The notes: generated by a model from the sequence alone, not told the origin. A DNA stretch of 21,584 nt from Okeania sp. (GCF_035285525.1 NZ_JAYKGW010000076.1:1-21584), one strand, 5' to 3'; positions 1 through 10,195 are shown, numbered from the stretch's first letter. Program-made: numbers and translations.

Positions 1-39
1 CACGATTACATCCACATGGGTAAAAGGCCAAAAGCCTAA
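1..39 (+). CDS. Possible C-terminal end of the intron-encoded protein (partial; HNH-like tail)
   Basis: Frame +1 is open from position 1 to a TAA at 37-39 and reads HDYIHMGKRPKA*. H-x-x-I-H-x-G resembles the terminal C-H-x-x-I-H-x-G of the HNH/En domains of group II intron reverse transcriptases. The stop lies 10 nt before domain V. Twelve codons are far too few to prove the call. Confidence 0.35.
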   Translation, partial: HDYIHMGKRPKA

Positions 40-49
40 GATTATCTAG

Positions 50-83
50 GAGCCTATTGCGGTGAAAGTCGCACGATAGGTTC
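50..83 (+). ncRNA. Group II intron domain V (catalytic hairpin)
   Basis: Pairs G50-C83, A51-U82, G52-U81, C53-G80, C54-G79, U55-A78, A56-U77 and U57-A76. Bulge C74-G75. Pairs U58-A73, G59-C72, C60-G71, G61-C70, G62-U69 and U63-G68. The loop is GAAA at 64-67. Confidence 0.85.
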
Positions 84-125
84 TGAAGGAGAGGTGCGAG
101 GGATAATACCCTCCATCGACTCTAA

Positions 126-1196
<1,071 letters not shown>

Positions 1197-1244
1197 GAGA
1201 AAACTAGCAAAAATCGACGTATAAGACTAAAAATAGTTAGGGAT

Positions 1245-1276
1245 AGAAACTCAGATGTAGTAATTTCTGAGTTTCT
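1245..1276 (+). terminator. Hairpin downstream of eno (candidate terminator)
   Basis: Perfect 11-bp stem: AGAAACTCAGA (1245-1255) pairs with TCTGAGTTTCT (1266-1276), with a 10-nt loop. It lies 49 nt after the eno stop. The downstream tract is only moderately T-rich (TCCCATTTCTT). Confidence 0.3.
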
Positions 1277-1328
1277 TCCCATTTCTTAAGAATTAAGCCA
1301 AAATTTAAGTGTTGACTATAGTTAGTTT

Positions 1329-1359
1329 CTCAACTAATCTTAAGTAAGTTGAGTTTTTT
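1329..1359 (+). terminator. Weak hairpin plus T6 run (candidate intrinsic terminator)
   Basis: CTCAACT (1329-1335) pairs with AGTTGAG (1347-1353), followed directly by TTTTTT (1354-1359). The stem is short and AT-rich. Confidence 0.3.
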
Positions 1360-1787
1360 GTATTTTCGATTATAGTAACGAAAATTTTTGATGATAGATA
1401 AAAATAAAGAGTGTTGGTAATTTTGGCTATGATTTTTTTTAAGTTTAGAAACCGGGTTTGTATTAGATGGCTGACTATGGGGACATTGTTATCCAACCAA
1501 CTCGGTTTCTTATAGCACAAACCCATATTTCATATTTATATAGCAGTAGCAGTTTCGTTCAGAAGTAGCAAGTAAACATCGTATTTTTGTCTTATGTGGA
1601 TGGAGCTTTGTATCTGTTTTATAAAGCATTATATAGTACCAGATGTGATAGTATAAGTTTAAGTAATTACAACTAGATTCGTTATCAACTAATATATGTC
1701 GATAATTACCAAAATTATTGTAGATGGATTTAGGAAGGAATGATGTAAGTTTGAGGAAGTTAAATTAAATATTTAGCTTAAAAAAGG

Positions 1788-1817
1788 TTGATTTTTTTGA
1801 GGGAGAGTCTTTATAAT
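1788..1817 (+). promoter_or_regulatory. Sigma70-type promoter candidate upstream of the first methyltransferase
   Basis: TTGATT (1788-1793), an 18-nt spacer, then a perfect TATAAT (1812-1817), 113 nt upstream of the ATG at 1931. TATAAT alone is expected by chance many times in DNA this AT-rich. Confidence 0.3.
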
Positions 1818-1930
1818 TAAGGCTTGAATATTTCGACCTCAACCCTTCTAGCTAAATATTCTTTTAAAGAACATACAGCTAGCAGAAATTAATTCAAACA
1901 AAAGTAGTTTTCAATAATTATAAAAAAGTT

Positions 1931-2640
1931 ATGAACCAAGCAACAGAAACAAAGACTAATTATAGTTTTGACGCCATAAAAGAAGCTCATACTTTGTCTG
2001 GCGATCCTGAAAAGCTACAAGAATATTATGATCAATGGGCAGTAGCTTACGATGATGATGTATCTAGTGAAGAGTATATCGGCCCTAAGTACATTGTAGA
2101 TATCTTAGGAAGTCTCAAAGGTGATAATGACTTGAAAGCAATGGATGGAAGTGATAAAAATATAAAAATCCTAGATGCAGGATGCGGTAAAGGTTTAGTG
2201 GGTACTGTCCTCAAAACCAAAGGTTATCATTATGTAGATGGATGCGATCTATCTGAAGGCATGGTAGAAAAAGCTCGTTCGAGAGGTGCTTATAATGTTC
2301 TGGAAATTCGAGAGGTGCTTATAATGTTCTGGAAAGTGGAATCGACCTTACTAAAATAAATGAGGTTTATGAAGACAAGCAATATGATGCTACAGTTTGT
2401 TGTGGGGTATTTACTTTAGGTCATGTGCCTCCAACTGCCTTATTAGAACTAATCCGGATTACCAAACCAGGTGGCTGGGTAGTAGTAAGCACCCGCAAGA
2501 GCTATTACGATAGCACGAATTTCCAAGAAGTTTGCGATCGCTACCAACAAGAAGGTAAAGTCAAATTGGTCAATCATGTCAAAGATGGTCCATATATTGC
2601 TGAAGAAGGGGCACATTATTGGGGATTTGTAGTTTGCTAA
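1931..2640 (+). pseudogene. Class I SAM-dependent methyltransferase, frameshifted by a 29-bp tandem duplication
   Basis: ORFs 1931-2359 and 2425-2640 are the two halves of one gene. Motif I is ILDAGCGKGLVG, with DLSEGMVEKAR after it. The C-terminal half contains ITKPGGWVVVSTR. Deleting one 29-bp repeat unit joins them in frame (..RGAYNVLESGIDLTKINEVYEDKQYDATVCCGVFTLGHVPPTALLE..) and gives a 226-aa protein. Confidence 0.8.
2278..2335. repeat. Perfect 2 x 29-bp tandem duplication
   Basis: TTCGAGAGGTGCTTATAATGTTCTGGAAA occurs at 2278-2306 and again at 2307-2335, 29/29 identical. The flanking bases differ on both sides, so the unit is exactly 29 bp, which is not a multiple of 3. Confidence 0.95.
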
Positions 2641-3052
2641 TTAAACAACTATAATAAGCAAAAAGCAAAAGCTAGCTAACTAACCATAATATAGGTTTGG
2701 CGATCGCCTCCAGCTAGTTTGACCTTGGATGTTGATTCTAATAATTTTTTCACCCTTGAAAAGTTATGCAGCACTATTCCTAATTCTATCTATGAATAGG
2801 AGGTGGTTAATAGTGTTGTTCAGGTACTGTTTTTGGTTAGTCTTAGTATTTTTAAATTGCTCTTAATTATTTTCCTATAGGGCAAAAAAGTTAAACAGAA
2901 AAACTGATAGAATCAACTCCCTAGGTTTTACCAAAAAATTAACTATTTTCTATAAAAATAGAGTCAAGCAAAAATTAGCTAACTCTATAATTTTTGTTGC
3001 AGAAATAGGAAATATCAAATAGAAACTTGAACTATTATTAAAAATTAATTCT

Positions 3053-3982
3053 ATGAAAAGTTTGCCAATTATCTCCTTATCAGAATTAGAAAAAGCTAGT
3101 CAACAAGAAATTAAAAAATTGTATGATGTCTGCGATGAACATGGTTTTTTCTATCTGAAAGAACATGGAGTTTCTTCAGAAATAGTTAATCAAACTATTG
3201 AAGCATCCCGGAAGTTTTTTGAACTACCTGAAGATGTTAAATTAAACTACCGTCAAGATATTCAAAAAGTTTATCCCAAAACTTGTAGAGGTTACGTTCC
3301 TTTGTATGGAGAATTTCTGAATAAAGAAATTGGATTTGACCCCAAACAAGTTTTTGATTTAGGTATAGAAAGACCCCTATCTGAAGAACCCTTTACAGGT
3401 CCGACAGTTATACCTGATGATAGTGTAGCTCCTGGTTTTGCCAGTTCTCATTATCAGCTACAAAATGAAATTATGACCAAGGTAACTCCTAAATTATTAA
3501 AAGGATTAGCTTTAGCTTTAGGATTAGAAGCCAGTTGGTTCGACAAATATTTTACAGAACCGACATTAATTCAGCGGACGATATATTATCCAGCAGGGAC
3601 AGGAAAAGCAGGAAAACATACCGATAATGGCATATTTACAGTTTTAATTCAAGAATATTTTCCTGAGCCTTCTTTGAGGGTTCATACTAAAGAAGAATGG
3701 ATAGATGCTCCCTGTGTAGAAGATACGTTTGTGATTAATTTAGGGGATTTGTTACAAATGTGGACAAACAGATTATTTGTTAGTACACCCCATGAAGTAA
3801 TTCATCGTAATTCTGAAGCAACTCGAATATCAATTCCCTTTTTTGTTTATCCGAATATTGATGCAATAATTGAACCATTTGGTACTACTGAAAAAATTAG
3901 TTCTAAGGAAGTAATGTTGAAGAATTTTGTATCAATTTGGGAAACTTATGAAGGAGCAGGTAGGGCAAAAGAATTAGTTTAA
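3053..3982 (+). CDS. 2-oxoglutarate/Fe(II)-dependent oxygenase (IPNS/ACC-oxidase-like fold)
   Basis: N-terminal DIOX_N-like segment: LPIISLSEL...CDEHGFFYLKEHGV. Facial triad HTD in GKHTDNGIFTVLIQ, distal His in TPHEVIH, and the 2OG-binding RxS in TRISIPFF. Confidence 0.85.
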   Translation: MKSLPIISLSELEKASQQEIKKLYDVCDEHGFFYLKEHGVSSEIVNQTIEASRKFFELPEDVKLNYRQDIQKVYPKTCRGYVPLYGEFLNKEIGFDPKQVFDLGIERPLSEEPFTGPTVIPDDSVAPGFASSHYQLQNEIMTKVTPKLLKGLALALGLEASWFDKYFTEPTLIQRTIYYPAGTGKAGKHTDNGIFTVLIQEYFPEPSLRVHTKEEWIDAPCVEDTFVINLGDLLQMWTNRLFVSTPHEVIHRNSEATRISIPFFVYPNIDAIIEPFGTTEKISSKEVMLKNFVSIWETYEGAGRAKELV

Positions 3983-4297
3983 TTGAGGTAAACATTCAGC
4001 TATCAGCTATTGTTTTGAGAGCTGATTTATCAAGTAAATATTAAGGCGCTGAAATACTTGCTATACTTAGGAGTTTTGTTAAGTAGATTGTTATTAATTG
4101 CTAAAAGCTAGGTAATATAATGCTTTTGGCGAAGTTTACAAATAACATCATATCCGGTAGCATCGGATTTTTCGGGCATCGTGCGTGAAAATCAAGGTGG
4201 AAATGGCATAAAAGCTTCTGCCTTCAGCATAGCTGCCTTCTGCCTTCCTTCGACCAAAGTCTAATTTTATATTTTATTTGTAGAGAAAAAATGTGAA

Positions 4298-5614
4298 ATG
4301 AAAAACAAAGCTACAGTTGCTTATATTGGAACAGGTCACATGGGACGACCTATGATTTTTAAACTCTTAAAATTAGGGTATTCTGTGCAAGTTTATGATA
4401 AATATCCAGAAGCAGCTAAAACAGTGATTGAAGCAGGAGCGGTTTGGTGTAATAGTCCAAAAGAAGTTGCTCAGAATGCTGATATTGTAATCACTAATCT
4501 ACCTTTAGCCCATCATATTACAGAGAACATATTAGGGGAAAATGGAGCTTTGGTTGGAATGAAAACTGGCTCGACTTGGATTGATTTTTCAACTACAGAT
4601 TACCATAATACCAAGCATATTGCTGAAGAAGCTAGGAAAAAAGGTGTCTATAGTCTAGAAGTTCCCGTGAGTAATTTATCCCACATGGGGGTAGATTTTG
4701 GTAACATCAGTTTTTATGTTAGTGGAGATCGAGAGGGTTTTGACGCTAGTCAGGAAGTTTTGAATGACATAGGCAAAATATCCTTCTTCGTTATGAGTAA
4801 AATTGGCGAAGCACAGGCTGTAAAGCTTTTGACTAATTTACTGTGTTATACTGCTATAGTAGTTTTGGGGGAAGTGCTGGCGATCGCTAAAACCCATGAT
4901 ATTCCCTTAGATTGGATGTGGGAGTTTATGAAGGCATCCAAAGCTAATAGTTTTGCCGCAGAACAAATTTCTCCATTTATCTTTGATGGCAGTTACGACT
5001 ATTCCTGTAGTTTGGAGATTGCAGCTAAGGATAGTGATTTAACTGTGAAATTAGCTGAAGAGTTCAATTTGCCTTTACCTATAGGGAGAATTATTAAGGA
5101 TAGATATCAGCAAGCTGGAGAGGCATATAAATTCTCTGAAAATTATATCATTGTGACTAAATTAGTTGAAGATGAGAATAACTTAGATTTAAGAATACCA
5201 AGATTTACAGCACCTTCCCCTTATGGTTTAAATCGGAACTATGTTTATTCTAATAAGTTTGTTAAAGATGATTTTGGTCGGATCAAACCTTATCCCTATC
5301 AATTCAACTATGATAGACCTGAGCAAAAATTACAAGAACCCTTAGAAGAAATTGCTCAAACTTTGACAGAGTTGATGGCTTATGTCAATTACTTGGTTTT
5401 ACAGGAGTCTTATAAATTAGGTCAGAATATAGGATTAAGTCAAGATTTATTAGTTAAAGTTATTCGCTGGGGTTGTGGAAGTAGTTGGGTTTCTGATAAT
5501 GAAAATTCCTATCAACCTAATGATGAAATAATCGCCAAATTTAAAGACTATAACTTTGAGCAAAAAGTTAAGACTCCCGCTATCAATAAAATAATTTCTG
5601 TGTTAGAAAAATGA
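4298..5614 (+). CDS. NAD(P)-dependent beta-hydroxyacid dehydrogenase-like oxidoreductase (HIBADH/6PGDH family) with a long C-terminal extension, paralog A
   Basis: N-terminal Rossmann motif VAYIGTGHMGRPM. The family motif with the catalytic Lys is IGEAQAVKLLTNLL. The protein is 438 aa, against about 290 aa typical of the family. The last ~140 aa (LTELMAYVNYLVLQESYKLGQNIGLSQDLLVKVIRWGCGSSWV) look like a second copy of the all-helical C-terminal domain. Confidence 0.75.
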   Translation: MKNKATVAYIGTGHMGRPMIFKLLKLGYSVQVYDKYPEAAKTVIEAGAVWCNSPKEVAQNADIVITNLPLAHHITENILGENGALVGMKTGSTWIDFSTTDYHNTKHIAEEARKKGVYSLEVPVSNLSHMGVDFGNISFYVSGDREGFDASQEVLNDIGKISFFVMSKIGEAQAVKLLTNLLCYTAIVVLGEVLAIAKTHDIPLDWMWEFMKASKANSFAAEQISPFIFDGSYDYSCSLEIAAKDSDLTVKLAEEFNLPLPIGRIIKDRYQQAGEAYKFSENYIIVTKLVEDENNLDLRIPRFTAPSPYGLNRNYVYSNKFVKDDFGRIKPYPYQFNYDRPEQKLQEPLEEIAQTLTELMAYVNYLVLQESYKLGQNIGLSQDLLVKVIRWGCGSSWVSDNENSYQPNDEIIAKFKDYNFEQKVKTPAINKIISVLEK

Positions 5615-5665
5615 GATAAATCAAGAAATTTCATAAATGACAAAATAGAGAGATTTTAAACTAAA

Positions 5666-5770
5666 CAGAACTTACACAAACCAAGCAAGAAACCAGCTTT
5701 ATTCCGGTAACTCTTGTTTTTTAAACCAGGAAATTTCTTTGATAAAGCAGGTTTCTGTGTACGTCTTACT
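5666..5770. repeat. Degenerate MITE-like inverted-repeat element (CAGGACTTACA family)
   Basis: Left end CAGAACTTACACA (5666-5678) and right end TGTGTACGTCTTACT (5756-5770) are imperfect inverted copies. They resemble the termini of the elements at 13320, 13552 and 17178. An internal GAAACC/GGTTTC pairing is present. Confidence 0.4.
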
Positions 5771-5797
5771 AAAGTAAACTAAGCAGGATTTAAAACA

Positions 5798-6535
5798 ATG
5801 AAAAAAATATTAGCTTTGTGGGCAGTACCACGGTCAACTTCCACTGCATTTGAGCGTATGATGCGAGAAAGAGGAGATTTTGCCGTACATGATGAACCTT
5901 TTGGAAAATCTTTTTACTACTCCGAAGAACGTTGTGATACAACTCGTTATCCAGATATAAAACCAGATCCCCAATACAATTTTAGTTGTATTTTGGAAAA
6001 ATTAAAGCAAGAAAATGAACAGCAACCAGTTTTTATTAAAGATATGAGTTACCAGGTTGAACCTGTAGCTAATCAAGAGTTTTTGTCTAATTTTAATAAT
6101 AGTTTTCTGATTAGAAATCCAGAAAAAATGTTGCCTTCTCTTTTTAATAATTGGTCTGATTTTACTTTAGAAGAAACTGGATATGCTCAACTTGATAAGT
6201 TATTTGAAATGACTAAAGAAATTACTGGGAAAATACCAGTAGTAATTGATTCGGATGATTTAGTTAAAAAAACCAAGGCAACTGTTAAAACCTATTGCAA
6301 TGCTATGGATATATCATTTATTGAAGAAGCTTTAGAATGGAAATCTAAACCTCAACCTGAAATTAATCAATGGGAAGGGGGGTGGCATAATTATGTGTTA
6401 TCCAGTCAAGGATTTAAAGAAAGAACAAAAAAAGATTATGTCAAGATTGAAGATAGCGAACACCTAAAGCAAGCTTATGATTTTTGTTTACCTTATTACC
6501 AAAAACTTTATGAATATCGGTTGCAGATTGAATAA
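5798..6535 (+). CDS. Sulfotransferase-like P-loop protein, paralog A
   Basis: VPRSTSTAF near the N-terminus resembles the 5'-phosphosulfate-binding loop P-(K/R)-(S/T)-G-(S/T)-T. LIRNPEKMLPS resembles the 3'-phosphate-binding R-x-P-x(5)-S motif of PAPS-dependent sulfotransferases. It is about 50% identical by eye to ORF 11401-12138. The assignment rests on motifs only. Confidence 0.6.
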   Translation: MKKILALWAVPRSTSTAFERMMRERGDFAVHDEPFGKSFYYSEERCDTTRYPDIKPDPQYNFSCILEKLKQENEQQPVFIKDMSYQVEPVANQEFLSNFNNSFLIRNPEKMLPSLFNNWSDFTLEETGYAQLDKLFEMTKEITGKIPVVIDSDDLVKKTKATVKTYCNAMDISFIEEALEWKSKPQPEINQWEGGWHNYVLSSQGFKERTKKDYVKIEDSEHLKQAYDFCLPYYQKLYEYRLQIE

Positions 6536-6591
6536 GTTGTTGGGCATTAGTAATAGAAACCTCTAGAAAAGAGGCAATAGGCAATAGTTGA

Positions 6592-6834
6592 GCAATTAAT
6601 AATGAACAATTAATAATTAGGGTTTGCTGATTTATCGGGAACCGTAAAATTGGGAGAAAAGTATATTAAAAAATACATAGTGAAGTGATAAATGTAGACA
6701 AGATTCTTCCTCCCCATCCTCCCATAAGGGTTTCAAGAGTTCCCGATCGGGGATAGCTTAAAAAGGGAGGTTTTAAACCAGGATTGTTGAACGAATAATT
6801 ATTGAGTATCAACTCTTAATTATTAATTATTTGG
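6592..6834. repeat. Element bounded by inverted AT-rich (AATTAATAATTA) blocks
   Basis: Left block GCAATTAATAATGAACAATTAATAATTA (6592-6619). Right block GAATAATTATTGAGTATCAACTCTTAATTATTAATTATTTGG (6793-6834). TAATTATTAATT is the reverse complement of AATTAATAATTA. The interior carries TAGGGTTTGCTGA, CGGGAACCGTA and a CCTCCCC/GGGGA segment. Confidence 0.4.
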
Positions 6835-6935
6835 TAATAAAAATAATTGATAATTTATGTAATATAATTGACTTGATTTTGGATTTTTGAAGATGTCTAA
6901 TAGCTCTTGAAATTGATGATAATAAATAAAAGATA

Positions 6936-7640
6936 ATGATTAATGAGTATGTTGAAATAGCCAATTATTATGATAATCTATTGACCAGTGGATACTTTGA
7001 CTTTAATTACCTAAGCAATAGCTTGTACAATTTACTTGGTGCTAGAAGAAAAGTTTTAGATATTGGTGTAGGAACTGGATTACTTACTGAAAAAATGCTT
7101 TCCTTAGCAAACTATAAGATTGTTGGTGTTGATTTTTCTCCCCGAATGTTAGAAATTGCTAAAAAGAGATTAGTAAATTCAAATGTTAAGTTGATTTGTG
7201 AAGATATTACAGAATTTGAAACTGAGGAAAAGTTTGATGCTATAGTTTCAACTGGAGGTGTTATTTGTATATTAGAAGAAAATGGAGAATATAGAATTTC
7301 TAGTCACATAATCGATCCAGAAAAAAATAAACAGTTGCTGGGAAAGTTACACAGTCAGTTAGATCAGGGTGGGTTGTTAGCATTAGGCATTCAGGAAACT
7401 CATACTAACTATAAAAAGGAAATCAAAGATCAGATTTTTTATGAACAAAAAATTAAGCAGGAGGAAAATTATGTTGATAAGTGGTATGTGTTTTCTCAAG
7501 CTAATGGAAACATTTTGAGCGAACAATTTTGCCGTTTTTATGTTTTTGATGGACGAGAAACAAATAAAATCCTGGCTAATGCTGGATTTCAGCAAGGATA
7601 TAAGATTATTGATGGCAAGTTTTTAGTCAGCTACAAATGA
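6936..7640 (+). CDS. Class I SAM-dependent methyltransferase
   Basis: Motif I VLDIGVGTGLLTE, the post-I acidic residue in VGVDFSPRMLEIAKKR, and FDAIVSTGGV. The stop lies 10 nt before the next start, so the two genes are probably co-transcribed. Confidence 0.8.
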   Translation: MINEYVEIANYYDNLLTSGYFDFNYLSNSLYNLLGARRKVLDIGVGTGLLTEKMLSLANYKIVGVDFSPRMLEIAKKRLVNSNVKLICEDITEFETEEKFDAIVSTGGVICILEENGEYRISSHIIDPEKNKQLLGKLHSQLDQGGLLALGIQETHTNYKKEIKDQIFYEQKIKQEENYVDKWYVFSQANGNILSEQFCRFYVFDGRETNKILANAGFQQGYKIIDGKFLVSYK

Positions 7641-7650
7641 TATAGCAATT

Positions 7651-8724
7651 ATGACACAATTAATGAATGCTGTTCTTCTCACTGGGTATGGGGGACTGGA
7701 AAAATTGGAATATACCCAAGTAGCAAAACCCATTCCTCAGCAGGGAGAAGTTTTAATTAAAGTGGGTGCTTGTTCTGTTAATAATACAGACATAAACACC
7801 CGTACAGGATGGTATGCAGCAGATGAAGGGTTTCAAGAAATCCTTCAAGATACCAAGAAAAATGATGAGGAAAAATCTACAGGTTGGTCTCAGACTGGGA
7901 TACAATTTCCTAGAATCCAAGGAGCAGATATTGTGGGTAAAGTTGTAGAAATAGGGGCAGATGTTGAACCTAAATTTCTCAATCAAAGAGTAATTGTCGA
8001 TCCGTGGATTCGATTCGGAAATCTGGAAAAATATAAGTATGTAGGTAGCGAACTGAATGGGGGTTTTGCTGAATATGTTGCTATTCCTGTAGGCAACGTT
8101 TGTTTGATAAATTCATCTCTGTCAGATGTAGAATTAGCTACTGTACCTTGTTCTTATTCGACAGCCGAAAATCTCTTGACAAAAGCAAGAGTTAGTGATA
8201 AAGATACTGTTGTAATTATGGGTGCTTCTGGCGGTGTGGGGAGTTCTGCCGTTCAGTTAGCTAAAATTAGAGGAGCAACAGTTATTGCAATTGTTGGACA
8301 AAATAAAGAACATTTAGTCAAGGATCTAGGTGCCGATTATATTTATCCTCGCAACGATGAATTAGCATCAAATTTGGCAAAGCATCAAATTACTGTTTCT
8401 TTGGATGTAGTAGGTGGAGAATATTTTGAGATAATTTTTAAAGCTTTGAGTATTGGGGGACGATATGTGACAGCAGGAGCGATCGCTTCTCCTCTGGTTG
8501 AGTTAGACTTGCGAGATTTGATTTACAAAGATACAGAAATGATTGGGGCAACTCGCTTTGAATCTCAAGTTTTTCAGAATTTGCTTGAGTATATTGAAAA
8601 AGGTTTATTGAAACCTCAAGTAGCAAAAGTTTTTCCTCTGAGTCAAATCAAAGAAGCTCAGAAATTTTTTCAAAGTAAAGACTTTTTTGGAAAAGTTGTA
8701 ATTACACCTGAACAAAAATATTGA
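7651..8724 (+). CDS. Medium-chain dehydrogenase/reductase (quinone-oxidoreductase/zinc-ADH family)
   Basis: GEVLIKVGACSVNNTDINTRTG (GroES-like N-domain), GGFAEYVAIP, the NAD(P)-binding VVIMGASGGVGSSAVQLAKIRGATVIA, and a C-terminal FGKVVI. Confidence 0.85.
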   Translation: MTQLMNAVLLTGYGGLEKLEYTQVAKPIPQQGEVLIKVGACSVNNTDINTRTGWYAADEGFQEILQDTKKNDEEKSTGWSQTGIQFPRIQGADIVGKVVEIGADVEPKFLNQRVIVDPWIRFGNLEKYKYVGSELNGGFAEYVAIPVGNVCLINSSLSDVELATVPCSYSTAENLLTKARVSDKDTVVIMGASGGVGSSAVQLAKIRGATVIAIVGQNKEHLVKDLGADYIYPRNDELASNLAKHQITVSLDVVGGEYFEIIFKALSIGGRYVTAGAIASPLVELDLRDLIYKDTEMIGATRFESQVFQNLLEYIEKGLLKPQVAKVFPLSQIKEAQKFFQSKDFFGKVVITPEQKY

Positions 8725-8799
8725 CAAATGAAAACTAAGTTCTCTTGAGATGATAAAGTGACATAACATCTGAAAAAAATTAAAATTACAGAGAAAATA

Positions 8800-10113
8800 A
8801 TGACTAAACAAAAAGTTGGTTACATCGGCACTGGTGCGATGGGGAAACAAAACATCTACAAACTGCTGAAGGATGGGTATGAAGTGCAAGTTTATGATAA
8901 GTATCCAGAAGCAGCAAAACCAGTCATTGCCAAAGGGGCTATTTGGAAAGATAGTCCCAAGGAAACTGCCCAAGGGATGGATTTGGTGATTACTAATTTA
9001 CCCTTACCCCATCATGTACTAGAAAATATGTTGGGAGAAACTGGAGCAGCAGAAGGTATGAGAGAAGGTGCAACTTGGATGGATTTTTCTACAACTGACT
9101 ACCACAATACCCAACATATAGCAGGAGAAGTTGCCAAAAAAGGAATATTCAGTTTAGAATCTCCGGTGAGTAATTTATCTCACATGGGTGTAGATTTTTG
9201 TAATGTTAGTTACTATGTTAGTGGCGATCGCGAAGGCTACGATCTAAGTAAAGAAACCCTGGATGCGATGGGCAAAATTTCCTTTTTTGTGAGTAATACT
9301 ATCGGTGAAGCGCAAACAGTAAAACTCCTAACCAATTTGTTGTTTTATACACAAATGGTGACATTAGGGGAAGTTTATATGATTTGTAAAGTATATGGCA
9401 TTCCCTTGTTATGGATGTGGGAGTATATCAGACCATCTATAGGAAATAGTGTGCTGACAGAGCAAGTAAGTCCGTTTATTTTTGATGGCAGTTATGATTA
9501 TTCCTGTTCTTTAGAAATTACGGTAAAAGATACAGATTTAACAGTCAAGTTAGCTGATGAATTAAATGTTCCGTTACCGTTAGGGCGTATTGTGGAAGAG
9601 CGATATCGGGAAGCAGGGCAAAAATATGATGCCCATGATAATCATGTGAAAGTTACTAAATTAATTGAGGAAGATAATAATTTAGATTTGCGAGTTCCTG
9701 ATTTTACAGCTCCTTCTCCTTATGGTTTAGATCGGAGTTATGTTCATTCTGAAGAAAGAGTAACCGATAGTTTTGGGCGGATTAAACCTCTTCCCTATCA
9801 ACTAGAATATAAAGCACCAGAACCTTTGGAAGATGAGTATTTAATGGATATTGCTAAATCTCTGACAGATTTCATGGCTTATATCAATTACTTAGTCTTA
9901 GGGGAAGCTAACGATCTAGGGAAAGGTATGGGATTAACTGATGAGTTATTAGAAGATGTAATTCGTTGGAGTGTGGGAACCTGTTGGGTATCTGATAATA
10001 TTGATACTTATCAACCTAATCCAGAGATTGTGGAGAAAATTAAATCCTTTGATTTTTGCAGCAAGGTGAAACTTCCAGTTATGACAAAATTTTTGGCACA
10101 TCTGAGTCGTTAA
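8800..10113 (+). CDS. NAD(P)-dependent beta-hydroxyacid dehydrogenase-like oxidoreductase with a long C-terminal extension, paralog B
   Basis: VGYIGTGAMGKQN and IGEAQTVKLLTNLL. It is collinear over its full length with ORF 4298-5614 (437 vs 438 aa, roughly 60% identity by eye). Long identical runs include VQVYDKYPEAAK, FSTTDYHNT, PVSNLSHMGVDF, YVSGDREG and PFIFDGSYDYSCSLEI. Confidence 0.75.
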   Translation: MTKQKVGYIGTGAMGKQNIYKLLKDGYEVQVYDKYPEAAKPVIAKGAIWKDSPKETAQGMDLVITNLPLPHHVLENMLGETGAAEGMREGATWMDFSTTDYHNTQHIAGEVAKKGIFSLESPVSNLSHMGVDFCNVSYYVSGDREGYDLSKETLDAMGKISFFVSNTIGEAQTVKLLTNLLFYTQMVTLGEVYMICKVYGIPLLWMWEYIRPSIGNSVLTEQVSPFIFDGSYDYSCSLEITVKDTDLTVKLADELNVPLPLGRIVEERYREAGQKYDAHDNHVKVTKLIEEDNNLDLRVPDFTAPSPYGLDRSYVHSEERVTDSFGRIKPLPYQLEYKAPEPLEDEYLMDIAKSLTDFMAYINYLVLGEANDLGKGMGLTDELLEDVIRWSVGTCWVSDNIDTYQPNPEIVEKIKSFDFCSKVKLPVMTKFLAHLSR

Positions 10114-10142
10114 AGGAAGTTTTTCAACACTTTGATATTATG

Positions 10143-10178
10143 GTTTGCTCATCAAGTAATCAAAAAAATGAGCAAACT
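10143..10178 (+). terminator. Hairpin 30 nt after the stop of paralog B (candidate terminator)
   Basis: GTTTGCTCAT (10143-10152) pairs with ATGAGCAAAC (10169-10178), a perfect 10-bp stem with a 16-nt loop, followed by TATTTTA. Confidence 0.4.
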
Positions 10179-10195
10179 ATTTTAGCTCCCCCCTG

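Noticed and set aside
1305-1526. 73-aa minus-strand ORF in the eno/methyltransferase spacer
   Set aside because: It is AT-rich with a low-complexity, Ile/Asn/Lys/Leu-dominated translation. It has no recognisable motif and no ribosome-binding context. This is typical of a chance ORF in AT-rich DNA.
4116-4121. Isolated perfect TATAAT boxes (e.g. 4116-4121 and 2986-2991) as promoters
   Set aside because: In DNA this AT-rich a bare TATAAT is expected dozens of times by chance. These have no acceptable -35 at 16-18 nt spacing and no TGn extension. Only the three better-supported candidates were listed, and those at low confidence.
7383-8973. Minus-strand ORFs 7383-7595, 7753-7986, 8438-8626 and 8605-8973
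   Set aside because: Each is antisense to, or overlaps, a well-supported plus-strand enzyme gene and translates to Phe/Ile/Leu-rich low-complexity sequence. All are shadow ORFs.
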